Shown piece by piece: positions 20,057 through 30,645 of a stretch of DNA of 57,947 nucleotides (within the stretch, counting starts at the first letter, position 1; the number at the start of each line of letters is the position of its first letter). This stretch comes from Alphaproteobacteria bacterium MarineAlpha5_Bin7 (lineage in GTDB: Bacteria > Pseudomonadota > Alphaproteobacteria > HIMB59 > GCA-002718135). The notes under the pieces were generated by a model, which was not told where the DNA came from, ran no database searches, and saw nothing but the letters and a program-made list of their open reading frames with translations. Both the position numbers and the translations under genes were made by a program. Location: NCBI GenBank assembly GCA_002938195.1, contig PTKX01000005.1, positions 1-57,947 of the forward strand, read 5' to 3'.

Positions 20057-20775
20057 TGGAAACAGTAGTTACTTCAGAAGCAATTTCTTCAGCAGCAATA
20101 GATTTTTCCTTATTATCTTTATTTTTAAGGGCAGATTTGGTGGTAAAATCTGTAATAATTATTTTAGCTTTAGCATCAATATATTCTTGGACAATAATAA
20201 TAGCGAAATTAATTAAAATGAAAAAGTTAAGACAATTAGAAAATGAGTTTGATGAAATTTTTTGGTCAGGAAATTCATTTGAAGATCTATACGAAACATT
20301 TAATTATAATCAAGAAGATCCAAAATCTAAAATTTATTGCGCTGCAATGAACGAATGGAAGAAAAGTAAACAAGGTAAAGCTATCTCAAAATCACATGAT
20401 TTAAATTCTTTAAAAGAAAGAATGCATAGATCTATGTTGGTTACATTCAACAAAGAATCAGAATTGATTGAGAAGAATTTAACATTTTTGGCTACTTCAG
20501 GTTCCACCGCTCCATTTATTGGTTTGTTTGGAACTGTTTGGGGAATAATGAATAGTTTTCAATCAATAGCTATAGCTCAAAATACAAATTTGGCAGTAGT
20601 TGCTCCTGGTATAGCAGAAGCTCTATTTGCAACAGCTTTAGGTCTTTTTGTAGCAATACCTGCAGTTGTTGCATACAACAAATTGACCAGTGATTTATCT
20701 AAATATTTCATGTCTTTAGAGTCTTTTATTGATGAATTTACAACAATATTCTTTCGCCAACTAGAAAATAAATAA
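20056..20775 (+). CDS. tolQ: TolQ
   Basis: LFLRADLVVK, FWSG, FLATSGSTAPFIGLFGTVWGIM, VAPGIAEALFATA. Confidence 0.96.
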   Translation: METVVTSEAISSAAIDFSLLSLFLRADLVVKSVIIILALASIYSWTIIIAKLIKMKKLRQLENEFDEIFWSGNSFEDLYETFNYNQEDPKSKIYCAAMNEWKKSKQGKAISKSHDLNSLKERMHRSMLVTFNKESELIEKNLTFLATSGSTAPFIGLFGTVWGIMNSFQSIAIAQNTNLAVVAPGIAEALFATALGLFVAIPAVVAYNKLTSDLSKYFMSLESFIDEFTTIFFRQLENK

Positions 20776-20776
20776 T

Positions 20777-21205
20777 TTGAAAACTTCAACTAATAAAAAT
20801 AATTTAAGAAACAAAAGGTACTCTCAGATGAGTGAAATAAATGTAACACCTTTTGTTGATGTGATGTTGGTTTTGTTAATAGTTTTTATGGTTACCGCTC
20901 CATTGCTTACCGTAGGTATTCCTGTTGATTTGCCAAAAGTGAAGGCAGATGCTCTTACTGATCAAAAAGATCCCATAGAGATTACAGTAAAATTAGATGG
21001 TAAATTATATATAGGCGAACAACTTGTAGAGGTGGAAAATTTAGTGCCTAGATTGAATGCAATCACTGATCAAAATGTAGAGGCAAGAGTATATGTAAGG
21101 GGAGATAGAGTTGTTGCATATGGACGTGTAATGGAAATAATGTCTAAAATAAACTCAGCTGGATACACTAAAGTAGCGTTAGTAGCTCAAAATCCTAGTG
21201 ATTAA
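20777..21205 (+). CDS. tolR: TolR
   Basis: SEINVTPFVDVMLVLLIVFMVTAP, VRGD...YGRVM; TTG start is uncertain. Confidence 0.95.
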   Translation: MKTSTNKNNLRNKRYSQMSEINVTPFVDVMLVLLIVFMVTAPLLTVGIPVDLPKVKADALTDQKDPIEITVKLDGKLYIGEQLVEVENLVPRLNAITDQNVEARVYVRGDRVVAYGRVMEIMSKINSAGYTKVALVAQNPSD

Positions 21206-21210
21206 TTCTA

Positions 21211-22227
21211 ATGAATATATTGATTATTAAAAATTTTTTTTCTCTAAAAAGTGAAAGTATAGGTTTTTATATTTCTTTGCTATTGCATTTCTTAATTTTA
21301 GCTTTTGCAATAGGCATACCAAATTTTTTTGATAGACCCAAAATATATGTTCCAGAAATTATACCCATTGAAATAATTAATGTATCAGATAGTACTTCTA
21401 TACCCAAAAAGGAACTTGATCAAAATGACAATAAAACAACTAATACTACATTGAAACAAAAAAAATTTAATAGTTCGGATATAAAAGAAATACAAAAAGC
21501 TGAATTAAAAGCAAAACCCATATCGGAGTCCATAAAAGACAAAGAAGTTTCAAATATGATTAAGCAAGATATTTTAATTGAAAAAAAACCTGTTAAAAAA
21601 ATTAAATTAGAAAAAGAAAAAATAATTTTAAAAGAAAATAATATTGAAACTATACCAACAAAAAAAATTAAACCTAAAATTAAACCCTCAACTCAATCTG
21701 AAGAATTATTAAAAAATAAAAAACAAGATGTTATTATTGCGGCTAAACCAAAAGCAAAGCCTAAGAAAGAATTTAGTATTGCATCAATGTTAAAAGATTT
21801 ACGTAATGAAAAATCTACACAGAATATTGATAAACTAAAAGAAGAAGAAAAAAATATAGAAAACATATCTGATGAAGAAAAAAAAGTTAATGAAAATAAT
21901 TTCAAATTATCAATAAGCGAAATAGACTTGCTCAGACAGCAACTTTCGTCATGTTGGATAGCTCCAGCTGGAGCAGTAATTGAAAAAGGGATGACGGTTA
22001 AAGTATCTGCTAAAGTTCAACAAAATAGAAGGGTTTATGATAGTTCCGTTCGTATTGTTGACACAAATATATCTAAAAGTAATCCTTTTTATGGACCTAT
22101 AACAGAAAGTGCTATGAGAACTCTTTTGAACCCTGATTGCATACCTCTAAAATTACCTAAAGATAAATATAATTTATGGAAAAATTTAACAATAACTTTT
22201 GATTATAGTATTATGAAAGGTTACTAA
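21211..22227 (+). CDS. tolA: TolA-like protein
   Basis: N-terminal TM S..LH, Lys/Pro-rich linker, C-terminal Q...CW..P.G...ESAMR....C.PL.LP..KY..WK; lies between tolR and tolB. Confidence 0.8.
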   Translation: MNILIIKNFFSLKSESIGFYISLLLHFLILAFAIGIPNFFDRPKIYVPEIIPIEIINVSDSTSIPKKELDQNDNKTTNTTLKQKKFNSSDIKEIQKAELKAKPISESIKDKEVSNMIKQDILIEKKPVKKIKLEKEKIILKENNIETIPTKKIKPKIKPSTQSEELLKNKKQDVIIAAKPKAKPKKEFSIASMLKDLRNEKSTQNIDKLKEEEKNIENISDEEKKVNENNFKLSISEIDLLRQQLSSCWIAPAGAVIEKGMTVKVSAKVQQNRRVYDSSVRIVDTNISKSNPFYGPITESAMRTLLNPDCIPLKLPKDKYNLWKNLTITFDYSIMKGY

Positions 22228-22234
22228 TTAATAT

Positions 22235-23566
22235 ATGAATTATTTCTTTATGAAAAATTATTTTTATTTATTAACTATTTTCTTTATTTCTTTCAAAACT
22301 TACGCTTTGGAGGTAACTTTAACTCAAGGTACAGTAAAACCAACACCGATAGCTGTAACAGATTTTTTTTCTACTGATAACAAGATTAAAAAAATTGGAA
22401 AAAATATCTCTATGATAATATCTGATAATCTAGAGCGTTCAGGATTATTTTTGCCAATTGATAAAAAAGCCTTTATTCAGGATACTGAGTCCTTATCTGA
22501 CCAGCCTAGGTTTGAAGACTGGAAATTGATCAAGGCTCAACACTTAATATCAGGAAAAATTTTTAAGAATAATGATAAAATCTCAGTTGAATTCCGTTTA
22601 TTTGATGTATTTGCTCAAAAACAACTTATTGGCAAAAGATATCAAACATCAGAAAATAATTGGCGCAGAGTTTCTCATATAATTTCAGATGCAATTTTCG
22701 AAAGAATTACTGGAGAAGGAGGGTACTTCGATACGCGAATTGTTTATGTAGCTGAAACAGGTCCAAAAGAGAACAAACAAAAAAGACTTGCGATTATGGA
22801 TCAAGATCAAGCTAATCATCGTTTTTTAACTGATGGATCATATTTAGTTTTAACACCAAGATTTTCTCCTAATTCTCAAAAAATTACATATATGTCATAT
22901 GTAGATAGAAATAATCCTAGAGTTTACATACTTGATATTGAAACAGGGCAGCAAGAAATAGTTGGAGAATTTCCTGGAATGACTTTCGCTCCACGTTTTT
23001 CTCCAGATGGAAAAAAAATTATCATGTCTTATTCTGATCCCAATGTTGGTAATTCAGAAATATATATTCTAGATTTGGCGACTAGAATCTCAAGCAGAAT
23101 TACAAACAGTTCTGCAATTGATGTTTCTGGAAGTTTTGCACCTAATGGAAATAGAATAGTATTTAATTCAGATAGAAGTGGAAGAAGACACCTTTACGTT
23201 GCAGATATTAATGGAAAGAACATTAAAAGAATAAGCAGGGAGGGAGGTAGTTATTATACCCCAGTGTGGTCTCCTAGAGGTGATATGATAGCATTCACAA
23301 AGCAAGAAGGAGGTCAATTTTATATAGGAGTCATGGAAACAAATGGATCAAATGAAAGAATGATAGCAAAATCTTTTCATGTTGAAGGGCCTACATGGTC
23401 CCCTAATGGCAGATATCTTCTATATTTTAAAGAAGAAAGAACAGCAGAAGATGGTTCAGGAGGAGAATCTAGCCTTTTTTCAATTGATTTGACAGGATAC
23501 AATGAAAGAAAAATAATTACTCCACTGGGTGGCTCTGATCCTGCATGGTCTCCACTATTGCACTAA
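22235..23566 (+). CDS. tolB: TolB beta-propeller protein
   Basis: GYFDTRIVYV, RLAIMDQD, repeated PRFSP/PVWSP/PTWSP/PAWSP PD40 motifs. Confidence 0.97.
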   Translation: MNYFFMKNYFYLLTIFFISFKTYALEVTLTQGTVKPTPIAVTDFFSTDNKIKKIGKNISMIISDNLERSGLFLPIDKKAFIQDTESLSDQPRFEDWKLIKAQHLISGKIFKNNDKISVEFRLFDVFAQKQLIGKRYQTSENNWRRVSHIISDAIFERITGEGGYFDTRIVYVAETGPKENKQKRLAIMDQDQANHRFLTDGSYLVLTPRFSPNSQKITYMSYVDRNNPRVYILDIETGQQEIVGEFPGMTFAPRFSPDGKKIIMSYSDPNVGNSEIYILDLATRISSRITNSSAIDVSGSFAPNGNRIVFNSDRSGRRHLYVADINGKNIKRISREGGSYYTPVWSPRGDMIAFTKQEGGQFYIGVMETNGSNERMIAKSFHVEGPTWSPNGRYLLYFKEERTAEDGSGGESSLFSIDLTGYNERKIITPLGGSDPAWSPLLH

Positions 23567-23685
23567 ATTGTTAAGTATTAAGGCTTATTTTTTGTTTTTT
23601 TTATAAATAAATATATGAAATTTACGTAAAAATGTTAATAAATGGTAGGTTTAAATTGAAGATTTGTATTAAAGGGAGTTTCTAT

Positions 23686-24204
23686 ATGTTTTATAAGTTT
23701 TTATTTTCAATATTACTTGCAGCTTTTGTTACAGCATGTTCCACAACACCTAAGGATACAGCTGACACTTCAGGTAGTGGTGCATCATCTGATGAAAGTA
23801 GCAGTGAATCAGCAAGTGCTGATTATTCGAATGATTTAAGTGTAGTACCAGGTTCACAAGAAGATTTAATTGTTAATGTTGGTGATAGAGTGTTTTTTGG
23901 ATACGACAGTTCTGATTTAGATGCTGATGCTCAAGAATTACTTCAAGATCAAGTTGCATGGTTAAAACAATATCCAGCAGTTTCTGTTACTGTTGAGGGA
24001 CATTGTGACGAAAGAGGCACTAGAGAATACAATCTTGCATTAGGAGAAAAAAGAGCTCAAGCGGTTAAAAATTATTTACTTAGCTTAGGCATCTCTTCTG
24101 AAAGGGTCTCCACAATCAGTTATGGTAAAGAAAGACCTGCCGTAGTTGGATCCAATGATAATGCATGGAGTCAAAATAGACGTTCAGTTACATCAGTTAA
24201 TTAA
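23686..24204 (+). CDS. pal: Peptidoglycan-associated lipoprotein
   Basis: Lipobox VTAC, DRVFFGYDS, EGHCDERGTREYNLALGEKRA, NRR. Start reassigned to the ATG at 23686, which follows a GGGAG Shine-Dalgarno. Confidence 0.96.
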   Translation: MFYKFLFSILLAAFVTACSTTPKDTADTSGSGASSDESSSESASADYSNDLSVVPGSQEDLIVNVGDRVFFGYDSSDLDADAQELLQDQVAWLKQYPAVSVTVEGHCDERGTREYNLALGEKRAQAVKNYLLSLGISSERVSTISYGKERPAVVGSNDNAWSQNRRSVTSVN

Positions 24205-24229
24205 TTTATAACCTTTAATACAAGTATTA

Positions 24230-24261
24230 ATGGCGCCAGATAATTTATTATTTGGCGCCAT
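24230..24261 (+). terminator. GC-rich stem-loop after pal (terminator or mRNA-stabilising hairpin)
   Basis: ATGGCGCCAGATAA-ttta-TTATTTGGCGCCAT: 14-bp stem with one G-U pair; no clear U-tract. Confidence 0.65.
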
Positions 24262-24296
24262 AATTGAGTCAAATATCAAGTTTAATAGTCAGTAAT

Positions 24297-25196
24297 ATGT
24301 TTAGATTATTAGTATTGATTTTAGTTATTATAAATTTTTCTACAAAAGCAGAGGATAATTTACTTACCTTAAAACAACAAGTGGACAGATTGCAAAGAGA
24401 AGTTAACGATTTGTCAAAGTCGGTTTTTCAAAATGGTGCAAATAAACGTGACGTAAAAATAGAAAAAAATGATTCTACGGATTTAGCAAATATTACTGCA
24501 TTTGATATTAGGATATACGATATTGAAAATGATATTAAAAATATATATTCAAATTATGAAGATATTTCTTTTCAGATAGAAGAAATGCGAAACTTGATCG
24601 AAGAAATAAATATTAAACTAAACACCAAATTTGTTAGTCAAGTAGAAAATAATCAAGATACTGAAACTATTAGTGAAAAAAATATAGAAGAGGAGAATTT
24701 AGAAACAAAAAACACTTTAGGTACATTAAAAATTAACTCACAGGATTTGTCTGAAAATAGTGAAAATGTTAAAGTTAATGATAATGAAAATTTTGTTGAA
24801 GATGAACCAGCTGATTTGTCTCCTGAAGAAGAATATCAATTAGCGTATGATTTATTAAGATCACAGAAATTTGATCAAGCTAAAGTAGCATTAAATGAAT
24901 TTATCAAAAAAAATAGCAGTAACGATTTAGCTGGTTCAGCTCATTATTGGTTAGGAGAAATATATTTATTGCAAAAAGATTATCGCGAGGCAGCATTGAT
25001 TTTTGCTGAAGGTTATCAAAATTATCAATCAAGTGTTAAGGCGCCCGATATACTTTATAAACTTGCTTTAGTGTTAACAAAAATCGATAAAAATTTAGAA
25101 GCATGTAATACTCTAATAAAATTCCAACAGGAGTATAGTGATCATAAATTTATGGATAAAACAAGCCGTAAGATCAAAGAATTAGAATGTGAGTAA
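24297..25196 (+). CDS. cpoB: Tol-Pal system protein YbgF/CpoB
   Basis: Signal peptide, coiled coil, TPR with AGSAHYWLGE and KAPD.LYKL; follows pal. Confidence 0.9.
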   Translation: MFRLLVLILVIINFSTKAEDNLLTLKQQVDRLQREVNDLSKSVFQNGANKRDVKIEKNDSTDLANITAFDIRIYDIENDIKNIYSNYEDISFQIEEMRNLIEEINIKLNTKFVSQVENNQDTETISEKNIEEENLETKNTLGTLKINSQDLSENSENVKVNDNENFVEDEPADLSPEEEYQLAYDLLRSQKFDQAKVALNEFIKKNSSNDLAGSAHYWLGEIYLLQKDYREAALIFAEGYQNYQSSVKAPDILYKLALVLTKIDKNLEACNTLIKFQQEYSDHKFMDKTSRKIKELECE

Positions 25197-26163
25197 TTTA
25201 TCTAATAAAGAGTTTGAATCTTTTTTTTATAAAGAAATTAACAAAAATTTCATTCATGAAAATAACCCAGTTATCTCAGTCGCAGTATCAGGTGGTCCTG
25301 ATAGCATAGCATTAGTTTTTTTATTAAAAAAATGGATTAATAAAAAAAGAGGAACTTTAGTAACCCTAATCGTTAACCACAATATTAGGAATGATTCATA
25401 TCAAGAATCAAGAATCGTAAAAAATTATTTAGAAAAAAATAATATAAAAAGTTTTGTTCTTGATGTCTCTAAACAAAAAGTAGGCAAAGGCTCAATGTAT
25501 CAGGCTCGAGAAAATCGTTTTTCGAAAATTGTTAATTATTGTAAATCAAATAAGATTTTTTATGTATTTTTAGGCCATCATTTAGAAGATAATTTAGAAA
25601 CGTTTGTTATAAGAAAGGCATCAGGAAGCAATATTGAAGGTTTAAACTCTATGCAATATAAAAGTATTTATAATGGTATCCAAATTATTCGACCATTAAT
25701 AAATTTCTCAAAAAAAAATATATTAAAATATATTTCTTGCCATGAATTAAAATTTATAGATGATCCTAGTAATAAAGATGAAAAATATAGTAGGGTAGTA
25801 GTTAGAAATTTTATAAAAAAAAATACTTCAATTAAGTCTAATATACTAAGAGACTTTAACTTTATCAGAGATAATTATTTTGAATACATTAAGATGATTT
25901 ATAAGATATTTATTCTAACTAACTACAAAATACAAAAAAAATCACTTACCTTTTTCTCTGAAAATTTTATTAATTTAGATGAAGAAATACAGATAAAAAT
26001 TATTCAGATAAGTTATAAATATTTAAATTCAAAAAAAGCATTTTTAAGATATAAAAAAATAATACCACTAATTACAAAATTTAATAAATTTGAAAAAATA
26101 TCAATGAATCTAGGCGGTATTGAGGTAAAAAAAAATAAAAAATATATATATTTTTCTTGTTAA
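25189..26163 (+). CDS. tilS: tRNA(Ile)-lysidine synthase
   Basis: VAVSGGPDS, VNHNIR, GHHLED..ETF, RPL, DDPSN. Confidence 0.93.
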   Translation: MSNLSNKEFESFFYKEINKNFIHENNPVISVAVSGGPDSIALVFLLKKWINKKRGTLVTLIVNHNIRNDSYQESRIVKNYLEKNNIKSFVLDVSKQKVGKGSMYQARENRFSKIVNYCKSNKIFYVFLGHHLEDNLETFVIRKASGSNIEGLNSMQYKSIYNGIQIIRPLINFSKKNILKYISCHELKFIDDPSNKDEKYSRVVVRNFIKKNTSIKSNILRDFNFIRDNYFEYIKMIYKIFILTNYKIQKKSLTFFSENFINLDEEIQIKIIQISYKYLNSKKAFLRYKKIIPLITKFNKFEKISMNLGGIEVKKNKKYIYFSC

Positions 26164-26176
26164 ATTATATTAAACT

Positions 26177-26204
26177 ATTGTGTTTTATTAATTAATCCCT
26201 ATCT
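26177..26204 (+). promoter_or_regulatory. Possible RpoH-type promoter for ftsH
   Basis: aTTGtg-N15-CCTATCT, resembling the alphaproteobacterial sigma32 consensus (CTTG...CCTATNT); the -35 match is weak. Confidence 0.3.
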
Positions 26205-26221
26205 ATATTATTCAATTAAAG

Positions 26222-28126
26222 ATGAAGAATTTTAGTAAAAATATAATACTTTGGATTATAATAGGAATTTTGGTACTTGTTTTATTTAACCTTTTTCAAG
26301 GTAATCAAAGCAATAGAGCGTCTTCTCTAGTATCTTTTTCAGATTTTATAGCAGCAACAGAAGCAGGTAATGTTAGTGAAGTAAATATCATTGGTAATAG
26401 CGTAGAGGGCTTTTTTGTCGATGGTAGGCCTTTTAAAACTTATGCTCCTGATTATCCTAATTTAGTTGAAAAATTAAATGAAAATGGCGTTAAAATAACA
26501 GCTGAGCCCTCCGACAGATCAATGCATCCTTTTTTGAGTATTCTTTTGTCATGGTTTCCTATGCTGCTTTTAATTGGAGTTTGGATTTTCTTTATGAGAC
26601 AAATGCAAGGCGGAGGAGGTAAGGCGCTTGGTTTTGGTAAATCTAAAGCTAAACTTTTAAATGAAGCAGTAGGTAAAGTTACATTTGATGATGTTGCAGG
26701 TATTGATGAAGCAAAACAGGAATTAGAGGAAGTAGTTGAATTCTTAAAAGATCCAAAAAAATTTTCTAGACTAGGCGGTAAAATTCCAAGAGGGGCTTTA
26801 TTAGTGGGACCGCCTGGAACTGGCAAAACTTTACTAGCTAGGGCAATAGCAGGAGAGGCTAATGTACCTTTCTTTTCAATATCTGGTTCAGATTTTGTTG
26901 AAATGTTTGTTGGTGTAGGAGCTAGCAGAGTAAGGGATATGTTTGAACAAGGTAAAAAAAATTCTCCGTGCATAATCTTTATAGATGAAATAGATGCTGT
27001 TGGAAGACACCGAGGCGCAGGTTTAGGTGGAGGTAATGATGAAAGAGAACAAACTTTAAATCAACTTTTAGTTGAAATGGACGGTTTTGAATCAAATGTT
27101 GGGGTTATAATTGTAGCGGCCACAAATAGACCCGATGTATTAGACCCAGCTTTATTGAGACCAGGAAGATTTGATCGTCAAATAACTGTATCGAATCCTG
27201 ATATAATAGGTCGCGATAAAATTTTAAAAGTACATATTAAAAAAATTAAAGTTTCTCCAAAATTTGACTCCAAAATTATAGCTAGAGGAACCCCTGGTTT
27301 TTCGGGTGCAGATTTAGCAAATTTAGTAAATGAAGCAGCGCTACTAGCTGCCAGAAAGAACAAACGTCTAGTTACTTTAGAAGATTTCGAAAGCGCTAAA
27401 GATAAGGTTATGATGGGAGCTGAAAGAAGATCTATGGTTATGACTGATGAAGAAAAAAAACTTACGGCATATCATGAGGCAGGACATGCAGTTGCTACCA
27501 TACATTCACCAGCTTCAGATCCAATTCATAAAGCAACAATTATTCCAAGAGGAAGAGCTCTTGGTATGGTGATGAGATTACCTGAAAAAGATCAACTTTC
27601 TATGAGAAAAGATCAAATGATCGCACACCTTGTTATTGCTTCAGGGGGAAGAATAGCTGAAGAAATGATATTTGGTAAAGATAAAATCACGAATGGTGCA
27701 GCAAGTGACATACAAATGGTCACAAATCTCTCTAAAAAAATGATTACTGAGTGGGGTATGGGTACAAAATTAGGACGTCTCAGATATAATAATGATAGTG
27801 AAGAAGTTTTTTTAGGTCATTCAGTTGCTCAATCGAAAAATTTGTCCGATGCTACTGCGAAATTGATTGATGAGGAAATAAGAGAATTAGCAGAAAATGC
27901 TGAAAATGAATGTAGAAAAATTTTGCAGGACAATCTTGAACAATTACATATTGTTGCCAAAGGTCTTCTAGAATACGAAACCTTGACTGGCGATGAAATA
28001 AAAGATTTAATTAATGGAATAAAACCTTCGAGAGATGATTTTGATAATGATCCTGATTCTTCAACTACTACCCCTATTTCATCTGTTCCTAAAACTAGTA
28101 GTAATATTAGTCCACAAACCCAGTAA
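26222..28126 (+). CDS. ftsH: ATP-dependent zinc metalloprotease FtsH
   Basis: Two TM segments, [33 protein letters not shown]. Confidence 0.99.
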   Translation: MKNFSKNIILWIIIGILVLVLFNLFQGNQSNRASSLVSFSDFIAATEAGNVSEVNIIGNSVEGFFVDGRPFKTYAPDYPNLVEKLNENGVKITAEPSDRSMHPFLSILLSWFPMLLLIGVWIFFMRQMQGGGGKALGFGKSKAKLLNEAVGKVTFDDVAGIDEAKQELEEVVEFLKDPKKFSRLGGKIPRGALLVGPPGTGKTLLARAIAGEANVPFFSISGSDFVEMFVGVGASRVRDMFEQGKKNSPCIIFIDEIDAVGRHRGAGLGGGNDEREQTLNQLLVEMDGFESNVGVIIVAATNRPDVLDPALLRPGRFDRQITVSNPDIIGRDKILKVHIKKIKVSPKFDSKIIARGTPGFSGADLANLVNEAALLAARKNKRLVTLEDFESAKDKVMMGAERRSMVMTDEEKKLTAYHEAGHAVATIHSPASDPIHKATIIPRGRALGMVMRLPEKDQLSMRKDQMIAHLVIASGGRIAEEMIFGKDKITNGAASDIQMVTNLSKKMITEWGMGTKLGRLRYNNDSEEVFLGHSVAQSKNLSDATAKLIDEEIRELAENAENECRKILQDNLEQLHIVAKGLLEYETLTGDEIKDLINGIKPSRDDFDNDPDSSTTTPISSVPKTSSNISPQTQ

Positions 28127-28172
28127 TTTTTATAATACTTTCTTTATATTTAAATATTAAATAGAAGAGCTT

Positions 28173-29534
28173 ATGTTAAAAATTTTTGGAACTGATGGAA
28201 TTAGATGCAAAGTTAATCAAGAGCCAATGTCTCCTGATACTTGTCTAAAGATAGCAAAAGTAGCTGGGTATATTTTATCTAAAAAGACTAATAAAAAAAA
28301 TAGAGTTGTTATTTCCAAAGATACTCGTTTATCAGGATATCTTTTTGAACCACTGATAACATCAGGTTTTTTATCAGTAGGTATGGATGTAGTTTTGGTA
28401 GGGCCATTACCAACACCTGCTCTTCCTATGCTCATTAAATCTCTTCGCGCAGATATGGGTGTGATGATAACAGCTTCACATAATACTTATGAATACAATG
28501 GTTTAAAATTTTTTGATTCTAAAGGAGATAAAATATCTAAAAGTTTAGAAAAAAAAATAGAAGAAATTATTTATGATCAAAAAAAATATTCATTTATATC
28601 TACTTTAAAAAAAGAATCTGGAAAGGCATTTAGATTAGAAGATGCAAGAGGAAGATATTTAGAATATTTAAAATCAAAATTAGACGAAAAAATTGAATTA
28701 AAAAAATTAAAAATAGTTTTAGATTGTGCAAATGGAGCTACATACAATGTAGCACCCATCTTATTTTGGGAATTAGGATATGATTTAATAACCATCAACG
28801 ATCGTCCAAATGGAAGAAATATTAATAAAAAATGTGGAGCAGTAGATATTCGAGAATTATCTAAAAAGGTTATAGAGGTTAAGGCAGATATAGGTTTTGC
28901 TTTTGATGGAGATGGAGATAGAATTTTAGCGATTAATGAAAAGGGTGGCGAAATTGATGGAGATAAAATAATAGCTTTATTTGCTAAAAATTATTTACAA
29001 AACAAAAAACTTAACAAAAAAACAGTAGTCACTACTGTAATGTCAAATCTAGGTTTAGAAAATTATTTAAGAGAAGATTTGGGAATTAAATTAATTAGAA
29101 CAAAAGTAGGTGATATTAATGTTATCTCTGAAATGAAAAAAAATTCCTACATTTTAGGAGGCGAACAATCAGGACATATAATTTTAGGTAATTACATTAA
29201 AACCGGAGATGGAATATTAGCAGCTTTGAAAATTGCAGAGATTCTTTCTTCTACAGGTTTAAAGTCTAGCAAATTATTCGATCTTTATAAATCTATACCT
29301 CAAACGAAAATTAATTTAGCAATCAAAAATGAACTAAATAATAGATTGAATAATAAAATTAATCGAATAATAAAAAAATATAATACTAATAGCAAAAATC
29401 TTCGTATATTAATTAGAAAATCAGGAACTGAACCTCTTATAAGAATACTGGTGGAAGGTAAAATATCTGAAAATGTTGCAAATATTTCTAAAACATTGGA
29501 TAAAGAAATAAAGAAAATATTAAATGATAAATAG
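28173..29534 (+). CDS. glmM: Phosphoglucosamine mutase
   Basis: FGTDGIR, KDTRLSGY, ITASHN, DGDGDR, GGEQSGH, RKSGTEPLIR. Confidence 0.96.
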   Translation: MLKIFGTDGIRCKVNQEPMSPDTCLKIAKVAGYILSKKTNKKNRVVISKDTRLSGYLFEPLITSGFLSVGMDVVLVGPLPTPALPMLIKSLRADMGVMITASHNTYEYNGLKFFDSKGDKISKSLEKKIEEIIYDQKKYSFISTLKKESGKAFRLEDARGRYLEYLKSKLDEKIELKKLKIVLDCANGATYNVAPILFWELGYDLITINDRPNGRNINKKCGAVDIRELSKKVIEVKADIGFAFDGDGDRILAINEKGGEIDGDKIIALFAKNYLQNKKLNKKTVVTTVMSNLGLENYLREDLGIKLIRTKVGDINVISEMKKNSYILGGEQSGHIILGNYIKTGDGILAALKIAEILSSTGLKSSKLFDLYKSIPQTKINLAIKNELNNRLNNKINRIIKKYNTNSKNLRILIRKSGTEPLIRILVEGKISENVANISKTLDKEIKKILNDK

Positions 29535-30642
29535 TTTATTACCACCAGGCTTTAAGGATGAAATTTCTGATCTAGCTGGAATTGAACATAAATACAAAAA
29601 TACAATTATTAATCTGTTTCAAATTAATTCATATAAACTGGTAAAGTCTCCTTTAATAGAATTTTCAAATAATTTTAATTCGTCAAATGCTTTAAAAATT
29701 AAAGTGAAAAAAAACAATCAAAAAATGATTTTAAGAGATGATATAACGATGCAAATTGCTAGAATTGCAACAGGTCGTTTACAAAAAAAAGTTAGACCTC
29801 TTAAACTTTGCTACTATGGAGAAGTAGTAAGAGATAAAGGAAGTATAATTAGACCTGAAAGACAATTTTTACAAATAGGAGCAGAATGCATAGGAGAGAG
29901 CAGCTACCTTGCCGATGTTGAAATCATTGAATTAGCTCTTAGCTCTTTAGAATCAGTGGGTATAAAAAATATTTCAATTGAATTGTCTTCAAGATTATTT
30001 TTAGATAAATTATATAAAAATATTAAAAACCAATTAAATTTAAAAAAAATTAAATTATTGATTAGAAAAAAAGATATAAATAATTCTTTAAAACTTATAG
30101 ATAAAAAATATCATGAGTATTTAAAAAATATTTTTTTATGCATTGGTAATTTTAAAGATAAAAAACAATATTTAGAAAATCTTAAGATAGATAGCTCTCA
30201 TATATTAGAAATTGATAAACTTAATAATATTTATAAAAAATTAGTTTTAAAATTTCCTAAAAATAATTTTTTTTTAGATCTTACTGAATTTGATGATAAA
30301 AATTATCATAAAAGTACAAGATTTACTTTTTTTTCAAAAAATATTAGAGGCGAAATAGCAAGAGGAGGCAGATACATCGCTAGAAATGGAAATATAGCTG
30401 AGGAAGCCACTGGTTTTACTTGTTATATGGATACTATTTTAAGAGCATCATCTTATAAAGAAAAAATAAAAAAAATATTAGTTTCCTATAAAATTTCTAA
30501 AGCAAAAAAAATGGAATTATTAAAAAAAGATTACATCGTAGAAACTTATTTCGGAGATTTAGATAATATAAAAAAAATTGCATTGAAAAAAAATATTAAA
30601 TATTATTTAAAAGGTGATAGAATTTATAATTCGGTCAAGTAG
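29524..30642 (+). CDS. hisZ: ATP phosphoribosyltransferase regulatory subunit
   Basis: LLPPGFKD, LRDDITMQIARIA, RQFLQIGAECIG, ARGGRY, ATGFT; directly upstream of purA. Confidence 0.88.
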   Translation: MINSLLPPGFKDEISDLAGIEHKYKNTIINLFQINSYKLVKSPLIEFSNNFNSSNALKIKVKKNNQKMILRDDITMQIARIATGRLQKKVRPLKLCYYGEVVRDKGSIIRPERQFLQIGAECIGESSYLADVEIIELALSSLESVGIKNISIELSSRLFLDKLYKNIKNQLNLKKIKLLIRKKDINNSLKLIDKKYHEYLKNIFLCIGNFKDKKQYLENLKIDSSHILEIDKLNNIYKKLVLKFPKNNFFLDLTEFDDKNYHKSTRFTFFSKNIRGEIARGGRYIARNGNIAEEATGFTCYMDTILRASSYKEKIKKILVSYKISKAKKMELLKKDYIVETYFGDLDNIKKIALKKNIKYYLKGDRIYNSVK

Positions 30643-30645
30643 AAA

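Noticed and set aside
19735-20060. Prophage remnant or mobile element around the Hjc-like gene
   Set aside because: No integrase, att-like repeats, other phage genes or obvious compositional shift; the gene is seamlessly embedded in the operon.
21400-21900. Lys/Glu/Pro-rich low-complexity stretch
   Set aside because: Normal TolA periplasm-spanning linker, not a repeat element.
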